DNA of 64,000 bases from Antedon mediterranea (lineage: Eukaryota; Animalia; Echinodermata), in NCBI RefSeq assembly GCF_964355755.1, contig NC_092677.1:12050101-12114100 (forward strand), written 5' to 3'. Under the pieces are notes generated by a model, which worked only from the letters and a program-made list of their open reading frames with translations, did not search any database and was not told the DNA's origin. Each line of letters starts with the position of its first letter. Position 1 is the stretch's first letter. Position numbers and translations under genes: made by a program. Shown in pieces: positions 63,714 through 64,000 of this stretch.

Positions 63714-63959
63714 CTGTCTTTTTTGTGTAAACCGTCTTGTTGGGTCAACCGGCTCAGCTGCAATGATTAGGTCCATTTGAGGCTTAGGGAGTGGAGCACT
63801 AGGTCAGGATTGAACCCTGGATCTTGGGATTGGAAGGTTAACCACCAAGCTACAGCTCCACTGCATTAGTAAAATATTTAGGAACAAATTGATAAAATTG
63901 ATCTTGATTTCTAGATAATTTTTTGCTATGTTTGTAATCATATGGGAAAAAAAGCTTAC

Positions 63960-64000
63960 CATAAACTATAGACACATCAGTTGGATCCTGTTTGAGGTAG
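63960..64000 (-). CDS. Tie-like gene, upstream exon running out of the window
   Basis: open phase-1 frame YLKQDPTDVSIVY then G|gtaagc. Confidence 0.5.

Overview
AT-rich, intron-containing animal genomic DNA. It is most likely a marine invertebrate deuterostome such as an echinoderm; this is inferred from gene style and repeats and is not proven. Three spliced genes are present. (1) The last four coding exons of a + strand Ajuba/LIMD1/WTIP-family LIM protein (388-10079) with a long Ser/Pro-rich tail. (2) A complete 8-exon, 354-aa + strand G-protein alpha subunit of the Go class (19230-32536), divergent but with all catalytic motifs intact. (3) A convergent - strand Tie-like ectodomain gene (Ig-Ig-EGF-FN3-CTLD-CTLD-FN3; 54106 to beyond 64000) for which I find no transmembrane or kinase exons. 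Between genes 2 and 3 is a ~17 kb nested repeat block. A palindromic ~88-bp satellite has received a 9.7-kb modular array (about 50 copies of an 11-6-11 palindrome separated by four interchangeable modules) flanked by a 21-bp target-site-like duplication, and also a 5'-truncated RTE LINE with an 11-bp TSD; a 21-bp minisatellite follows. Other notable items are a partially tandem insertion carrying a full tRNA-like cloverleaf with an AUC anticodon, 36-58 bp MITEs with 7-bp TSDs, and direct evidence that TAGGCCTA/TAGGCTA motifs are insertions at TA sites. All coordinates were counted by eye and no searches were run.
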